This document shows positions 55,033-64,000 of a DNA stretch of 64,000 nt, piece after piece. Location of the stretch: assembly GCF_009914755.1 (NCBI RefSeq), contig NC_060933.1; one strand, written 5' to 3'. Numbering within the stretch: the stretch's first letter is position 1; the number at the start of each line of letters is the position of its first letter. The notes below the pieces were generated by a model. It worked only from the letters and a program-made list of their open reading frames with translations. It had not been told where the DNA came from and ran no database searches. The stretch is from the human T2T-CHM13v2.0 reference genome, Homo sapiens. Made by a program: the position numbers and the translations under genes.

Positions 55033-55889
55033 GATGAAACATTTTTAAATGGGCAGAGTAAGGCCCTCTACCATGTGCAAAACAAACTGTACAAGAAAAC
55101 CCAAAGCAACGAGCCTCAACCGGCAAGGTTGAGGGTGTGGCAGCAGCGGCTGGTAACTGCTGGCTCTGGTTGTTAAAGCTGTTGTCAGATCCAATGACAG
55201 GCTCTCGGAAAACCACCTCCGACGCCAGGCATTCAGAGTGCCTCAGTTTGCTTCCTCTTCCATTACCTAAAGGAGTAGGAAGGAGGGGTGGGGGTGGGCA
55301 GCTGGGTTCAAGACCCTTTAAGGCAACACTAGCTTGGGCGTCCCAGAAGCAACTGCAGACTACGAGGGCCCACGGCTCCCCACACATGTCTGCCTTGATT
55401 CTTGCTGAGGGAAAGAAGTATCTTCCTGAGGGAAATCGGGACATTTTGCTCCCAGGGAAATGGAGATTTTCCAACTTGCCTTGTAAAAATCAGAAGGGCC
55501 CAGATTCTTACCAGACAGCGATTTGCATCCAGATGGGGTGCTTGCCCTGGGTGCACCTGCCTGGGCATGACTCTGAGCGTTTGGAAGTGTCTGCCCCTGC
55601 TTGAAGGGTCCCCCACCCTCTCAATGGATCGCGAGGCCCTGAACGGTACAGCCGCTCTCAGGCGACCCAGGTCTTCACAGCCCCTCTCTCGTTTGATCAC
55701 ACAACACATTTGATCACGTGACACCATGCCCGTGTTGAGTCAGGCCTCGGTCTCCTCACCTATGTGATGGCCTTTGGCCCTCAACCCTCAGGAGACGGAG
55801 GCCTGACTTACCCAAGGGCGCATGGTGAGTAACTGCGGGAGGTGCAGTCCCGTGGGGTCCCGGTGGAGCTGGGTGGGCTGACTTCGTCT

Positions 55890-56601
55890 GAGCCCTGCTT
55901 TTGCCCTAGGGCTGCTATAACAAGGTGCTGCAGACCTGATGGCTTAAAACAACAGAAATTCACTCCTTTACAGTTCTGGAGGCGGAAAGGTCAAATTCAA
56001 GGTGTGGGCAGGGCCACGCTCCCTCCAAAGACTCCAGAGAAGGTCCCTTTCTTGCCTCTCCCACTCCTGGTGACCACAGGGGTACCTCGGCTTGGGACAG
56101 CAGCACCCCAGTGTCCACCTTCCTCTGTCTCCACACAGCCTTCTTCCTGCTGTCTATGCCACTGTCCAAATCCCCCGCTCCCTTCTTTTTCTTTTTCTTT
56201 TTTGTTTTGTGTTTTGAGACAGAGTCTCGCACTGTCGCCAGGCTGGAGTGCAGTGGTGCGCGTGTGCCACCACCCCCAGCTAATTTTTTTTTGTATTTTT
56301 AGTAGAGACAGGGTTTCACCATGTTGGCCAGGATGGTCTCGATCTCTTGACCTTGTCATCCGCCCGCCTCTGTCTCCCAAAGTGCTGGGATTATAGGCGT
56401 GAGCCACCGTGCCCAGCCTTCCCCCTCCTTTCTAAATGGGCATGGGTCACTGGATTTATAGGGCGCACCCAAATCCATTATGGCCACATCTTAATTTGAT
56501 TACATCTGCAAAACCCCTTTTTCTGAACGAGGTCACGTTCCAGGCACCAGGACTAGGACTGGAACATATCTTTTTGGGGAGCACACATAAACCCACTGTC
56601 A
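55890..56601 (-). mobile_element. MLT1-family LTR with internal Alu (56185-56418)
   Basis: GGCTTAAAACAACAGAAATT...CAGTTCTGGAGGC; GATTACATCTGCAAA.CCC.TTTT. Confidence 0.8.
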
Positions 56602-57439
56602 CGAGTGACCCTAGGCATGGCCCTTCTGGTCTCTGGGCCTCAGTTTCCTCACCTATAACCTGAGGGCCCTCCCAGCTCTGACAGTCTTGGAGCCAATGAC
56701 GAACTCCTTGACGTGGCTGGTGGGCTCCGCCGACAGAGAAGGAGTGAGGAGGGGGCCATTATAATAACAACAACACGAGCCCACTTGTATTTACGGAGAC
56801 CCTTGTACATGCCAGGCACTAGATATGCTGAATGTTTGGTGCACTGATCTCCCTAAATCCTGTTAAGTAGGTGATATTATTACCCCATTTTACAAAGAAA
56901 CGGGCTCAGAGAGGTTTGGGCGCTTGTCCCAGGCTGCACTGTGAGGTTGGGCCTCCAGCCCCGGTCGGTGCAACTTTTCCACGCTTCCTGCCTCCGAGAC
57001 TCGAGTGTCCTCAGCTCCTCCAGCTCTGGGCTCACGAGTCTGGACATGCAGGAGGGGGAGCTAACCCCCGCCCTCTCACAGCCCTGGGGCACCACCCTGT
57101 GGGGCTGGCCCTGCTGCCTGCCCGCCGCCCAGGCTCCTAACTTTAGAGGGCTTTGTGCCCCCTGACCTCCCTCCTGTCAGCAAGGGCAGACTTGTTTCCT
57201 CCATCTGCCTCCCATTAGGGCTCTGTCACTCAGAGCCCCTGGTTCCAGCTCTCCGCTTCTCTCTCTTTTCCTTGTCACTGCCACTCACCGCCTGGCCAGC
57301 CCAGCCCCTTCCTGCCACCCACCTCCAGAGATCTTCAGCAGGATGGGGGTCCTGGGGACAAGGACCCAGAGCTCAGCCCTGTCCCTGCCTCCTAGTCCTC
57401 GGGGAGTTTGGGAGTCACTCCGACTCGTCAATGTACAGA

Positions 57440-57885
57440 GGGGGATGACCTTAATATATAAAGAGCTGCTAAAAATCAACAACAAGAAGGCAAAAACACC
57501 AATAAAAACATGGGCAAAGGACATGCACAGGCAAGTCACGAAGGATGAAAAATGGTCAAAAAACAGGGATAGACACTCAGCCTCTCCTGCGGTCCAACAA
57601 TGATGGTAGCTGGTAACACGTGGGGTCCTTCTCTATAACAATCCAACAGAGCCCATTACAGAATAGCAGGTACCATATGGTCCCATTTAGGAAAATGTGT
57701 GTGTGCACGTGTGTGTGTGTGTGTGTGTGTGTGCAGGAATCATTCTTGAACGCCCCATGCTGAGATGTTAATGGTGGTTGTTTTGGGTGTTGGGATCTGG
57801 GAATTTTTACTCTTCTTTGTATGTGGATATATTTCCTCTTTTTTCTCCAATGAGTGTGTCTTACCTGAGACTTATTAATAAAACA
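57440..57885 (+). mobile_element. Old L1 fragment(s) with an internal (TG)n at about 57696-57733
   Basis: ATATATAAAGAGCT...AAAATCAACAACAAGAAG...ATGGGCAAAGGACATG, L1 ORF2 3' signature. Confidence 0.65.
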
Positions 57886-58379
57886 TTATGTAAGCCCAGG
57901 GCAGAGAATCAGGCCCTGACACCCCTCCTGGGGTTGAAGGCAGGCCCTGAACACCAGCAGGGGGTCCAGGCCTGTCCATAAAGCCTTCTCCCTCTCCCAG
58001 CCCATGGACTGACAGCCTCCTCCTCAGCACGCAGGCCACTCACCCTTGAGGTCCCCTCAACCTGGACTAGCGCTTCGCTCACTTTCCTCCCGAGTGGCCG
58101 TGAGTCCACCCGCCCACCCGCCCAGGCTGGCTGTAGGAATGGCCAATCGGCAGCAACTGTGGTCTCTGCTCGAGTGTGTCCTACTCCCATGCATTCAGTA
58201 AGAAGCTCAACAAGTCTCATCAGTTCATCGCGACACCCCAGGAAGTGACCCCAGGACTCTGGTGTCAGAGTCTAGGAGAGATGGCTGACCAAGCCAAGGT
58301 CAGTGAGTGAGGGGCCCAGGGAGGGGGCTTCACACCCAGGGCCTGGCTTCCAACCCCTACTGGAGCCCCACAAAGCGCG

Positions 58380-58902
58380 TACTCACACTTGCACACACAC
58401 CACTCAAATACACTCCCACACGCTCACATGCACCCCACACACCACTCACACACACACCACTCAAATACACGCACACACGCTCACACGCACCACACACACC
58501 ACCCACACACCACTCACACACACACCACTGAAATACACTCACACACGCTCACACGCACCACACACACACCACTCACACACACCACTCACACACGCCACTC
58601 ACACACACACACCACTCACACACATACACACCACTCACACACACACCACTCACACACACACACCACCCACACACACACCACTCACACACACACCACTCAC
58701 ACACAACCACTCACGCACACACATCACTCATGCACACTAGCACACACACCACTCACTCATACGCACCACTCACACTCACATACCACTTACACACCACTCA
58801 CCCATACACACACCAACATACACCACTCATACACCACTGTAACACACACTACTCACACATACGCCACTCACACCACACACATACACCACTCTCACACACA
58901 CA
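58380..58902. repeat. CA-rich degenerate minisatellite (CACCACTCACACACA-type units)
   Basis: Recurring ACCACTCACAC core over about 520 bp. Confidence 0.92.
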
Positions 58903-61900
58903 TGTGCCAGGCTGGGCAGCTCCAGGGAGGAGTGGTCTGGCCCCATCCCAGCACCTTCGCCCTCCACGGTGCCTGCTGTCTCCCCAGGAGGGGCTGTCGG
59001 CTGCCAGGCCTGTCCCTTAGAAGGCCCTGGAGGGGGAGAATTAGGGAACCCCTGCCTTTTATTTCTTCTCTTTTTTTGATTGGCGGCGTTTCCATAAAGT
59101 GAGATATTTAGAAACATACACATCACCACAAGGACCATTTCAGAGCCTCCAACTTCAGCCCCCGGGCAAGTCCCCAGGGCACCGGGACAGACGAGGGCCC
59201 GGCATATTTCTGAAGTGTGGTCATGGAAGTGCCGCCCTCCGCTTCCCCCCCTTCTGCCCTTCTTCTCCTGCCTGGCTCCCCGCTCCTTTCCTTTCCTCCT
59301 CCCCCCACACCCTGACCCCACCCTGACCCCCGACCCTCATGACCCAAGAGTGTCCCTGCAGGAGGCCCAGCCTGCCTGTTCCTGCCACAGTCCTCAGGCT
59401 GGAGGGGCAGGGCCTGGATTCCTGGGTTCCCAGAGGCCTAAGAGTCTGTCTGCTCAGGGGAGAAACTGAGGTAGCAGGGGCTGGAGCAGGGGCCGTGCGG
59501 TGGGGCCGTGTGGCAGGACAGTGGCCGGGCCAGCGAAGGGCTTTTTCTGTCCCCTCCCTTATTCTGTTTACTGTCCTAAGAAGCACCAAGGAGCATTTCG
59601 GGGGCCCCAACCCCCAGGGCGACAAGCCCCAGAGACCTCTGTGCTTCTGATGGCCGGGCTTGCTTTCCCCTCCCTACCCGCCCCCACCAGGAAGCCCTCC
59701 CTGCCGGCCAGAGCCCCCTACTCCGGCACAGACACTGCCAGGTGGTTCCTGGTGCTTGGTCCAAGGGCGGGGCCTGTGACAGCCAGGTAAGGGTGGGGCC
59801 AGGCCCCAGTGAAGCCCCCAGGTGGGCAGCCCAGAGCCTGGGACGGGATGCCGCAGGACCCCTCTTTCTCTACTGTTCCCCCATGCCCACATGGAAGGCC
59901 CTGCCTGGTCCCCGCCTCTCCCAGGTGAGGTAAGTCAGCAGCCCAGAGCAGGGTGGGAAGGTGCTGAGCGCCCCGGGGGTCTCGCCCTGCGTCTGGAGGG
60001 AGGCTGGGGCCTGGACTTTGGCCTGGGCCTCTCTCAGCCTCACTGCCCATCTGCACACGAAGGGGTGGGCCCAGGGTTCCCCTAAATTTCTTTCTACCCC
60101 AGAAGTCAAGGGTCCTACTGAGAGCCTAGCAGGCAAGGATTCTGCCCATGGCGATTCTTCCCATGGAGGAAGCCTTCCAAGAAAGGCTTCTTCACCTCGG
60201 CCTGTCTCGGGGGCAGATCCTCGCCTACTAAACTCGGGTCAGCCTGCCCCCGCTTCTCCCAAGCCCGGCGAGGAGATCCCAGCTCGGGCTCGCCTTCTCT
60301 AAACCTTGCTCATTCTGCCCAGTGGAGGCCGGGGAGGGCGCCCAGTAGGTCTGAGCCTGCCCCAGCTCTGGCTGGTAAATGGGCCCAGAGTCCTGATCCC
60401 AAAGATTCCCCCATCTCACCCTGGCTGGCACCCACTTGGCATCAGTCGCTGGCAGGCCAGCCCCAAGGTCAGAGCTCTGGGGTGGGGGCCGCTGGGGCCC
60501 CTCCAGCCACTGCAGTCTGACCCAGGGTGGGTTCAGGAGCACTCAGACCCCTTTGGAAGTGGCAAGGGCAGAGGCAGGGGGCCAGAGTCCTTTGTGCTCC
60601 CTGGGAAGCCCCCCACTCCACCCCCACTGGCCCAGCTTGGCAGCGCCGACGGCAGGAAGAATCCGGTCGGCCATCCGTCAGGGAGACGGAGTGAACCCGA
60701 ACAAGGGCTGTTCGAGGAGGAGAGCTGGGGAAATTTGATCATTAAGAAACCCTCCTGGCTGTCTGGGGGAATTTAATTAAATTGCTGGAGAGGGCTGAGA
60801 GAGAGGGCCACATCTGGAACCAATATGTGGGCTTTGATTTTTTTTCCCCCTTCTCTTTCTCTCTCTCTCCCTCTTCCCATCTCACTGCTGTAAAAGGGAA
60901 TGTAGTCGAGCCTTGGAGTATTGGTTCCTCTGGGACAGAATTCCAGGCAGATTGAGAGGGAGAGAGACAAGGCAGACAGAAACCAAAAAATGAAGACAGT
61001 GAAATCGTGATGGACACAGAGAGAGGCAGAAAAACCGATCAAGAAGGACCGAGAGAGGCAGAGGCAGGAAGGAGGGGGAGGTGGGCCAGGCTGGGCTTTG
61101 GGATGTGGTTATGAAGGTGTAAGCGATGACAAGGGTTAAAGACCCATTTTACAGACAAACAAAGGAAGTCAAGTCCCAGAGAATTGCAGAAACCAACATA
61201 CCAGGCCAAGCATCCCTTGGGTGGCCAGCATTGATCAAGCCCCTAAGTCGCTTGGTACATGCCTCGTGGGGTGAACCCTCCCGACACACCTAGGTCATAG
61301 ATACTGTCATTATTCCTGTTTGCAGATGACAGGGGATGTGACTAGCCCAAGATGACAAGGTACAGGAGTGGCAGTGCCGGGATCTGGTCCTCAGTCTGTC
61401 TGGGTACTGTCTAGACATGCTGCATGGGTCACTTGGGTTGTGATGATGTCATTTGGCAGCTGTGGAGTTTGTGCTTGCTGGTGCCAAGCACTGGGCTAGG
61501 CTCTAGGGAGGCAGCAGTGTGGTTGTTGGGCCTGAAGCTCCCAGCAAGCCTGGGGCGTGCTAGGTGCCGAGTGCTAGCGGGAGCCAGGGCCAGGTGGCCT
61601 CGCCTGGGCAGTCAGTGGTGGTTGAAGTGGGCCCTCCACCTGGGCAGGAGTGAACTGAGAGAGGAGGTGGGGGCAGAGGCAATGGGGCCTCTCTCTCTGC
61701 CCCTCTGGAGGAGGAACCCTCCCGGCCCCAGGTCCCAGCACCGGGCTGGTCCAGGGTGGGTGTTCATGGCCTGGGAATGGCGGATGGTTTTCTCACCTTG
61801 ACCCCCAAGGCCGAGCTATCTGACACTGGCCTGGTCCCCTCTTTCAGACAGTTTCCAGCATATGACATGAGCCATCTGTCCCCGGTCTCCAAGCTTACTG

Positions 61901-62344
61901 GTTCCTCCCAGGTTCCAGAGCGCCCAGGCCCACACGAGTCTCCCAAAGGCCTTTCAGCCATGCCTGCAGGCGGAGAACATGGCCTCTGGCCTGGGCAAGC
62001 AACCTCTGGGGTAACCCTCTCCCCTCTAAGACTCAACACCGGCTCCTAAAACCCAACTCCAGCCCCTTGCTACCTGCTTCAAAGCTGGCTTCAGCCCCTG
62101 CAGAGACTTCCCCCTAGAGGAGCCCTCGTCCCCAGACAGCCAGGGGCCCCTTCCCTACTCCCATCCTGCCAGGGTGACTGATGTCCAATCCTGCTTCTGC
62201 CGTGGCACCTGCATTCTCCTCCACTGCGTGAGTGGAACGGCCGACTTCAGTCTTCCTCTCTTGGCTGTGGCCCCAAGGGCAGAGGCCACTCTACCTGGTC
62301 CCCAGTGTCCAGCCCAGGGTGAGCAGAGGAAAGAGCTTGGTACA

Positions 62345-64000
<1,656 letters not shown>

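Noticed and set aside
58303-59102. His/Thr-rich ORFs; array-like repeat
   Set aside because: Translation of the CA-rich minisatellite; no unique spacers or cas genes, so not CRISPR

Overview
Alu-dense, GC-rich primate (human-like) genomic DNA. The proteins match, from memory, the 9q34.11 cluster C9orf50 - NTMT1 - ASB6. Three spliced genes were rebuilt by hand with GT-AG junctions and [16 protein letters not shown]: C9orf50 (minus, 7 coding exons, 431 aa), NTMT1 (plus, 3 coding exons, 223 aa) and ASB6 (minus, 6 coding exons, 421 aa); NTMT1 and ASB6 are convergent. Bases 1-6856 hold a degraded minus-strand class I ERV (5' LTR, tRNA-Phe PBS, gag/pro/pol/env remnants) with several Alu insertions. 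Other elements are a MER41A-type solo LTR, two MLT1 LTRs, L1/L2/MIR fragments, simple repeats and five CpG-rich regions. I found no convincing new multi-gene system. The best leads are an RVxF-AD PP1-docking motif in C9orf50, a possible decayed alternative terminal exon of C9orf50, a likely antisense overlap of the ASB6 3'UTR with NTMT1, a perfect CLEAR element at NTMT1, and two small local duplications. Repeat boundaries are approximate and subfamily names were assigned by eye.
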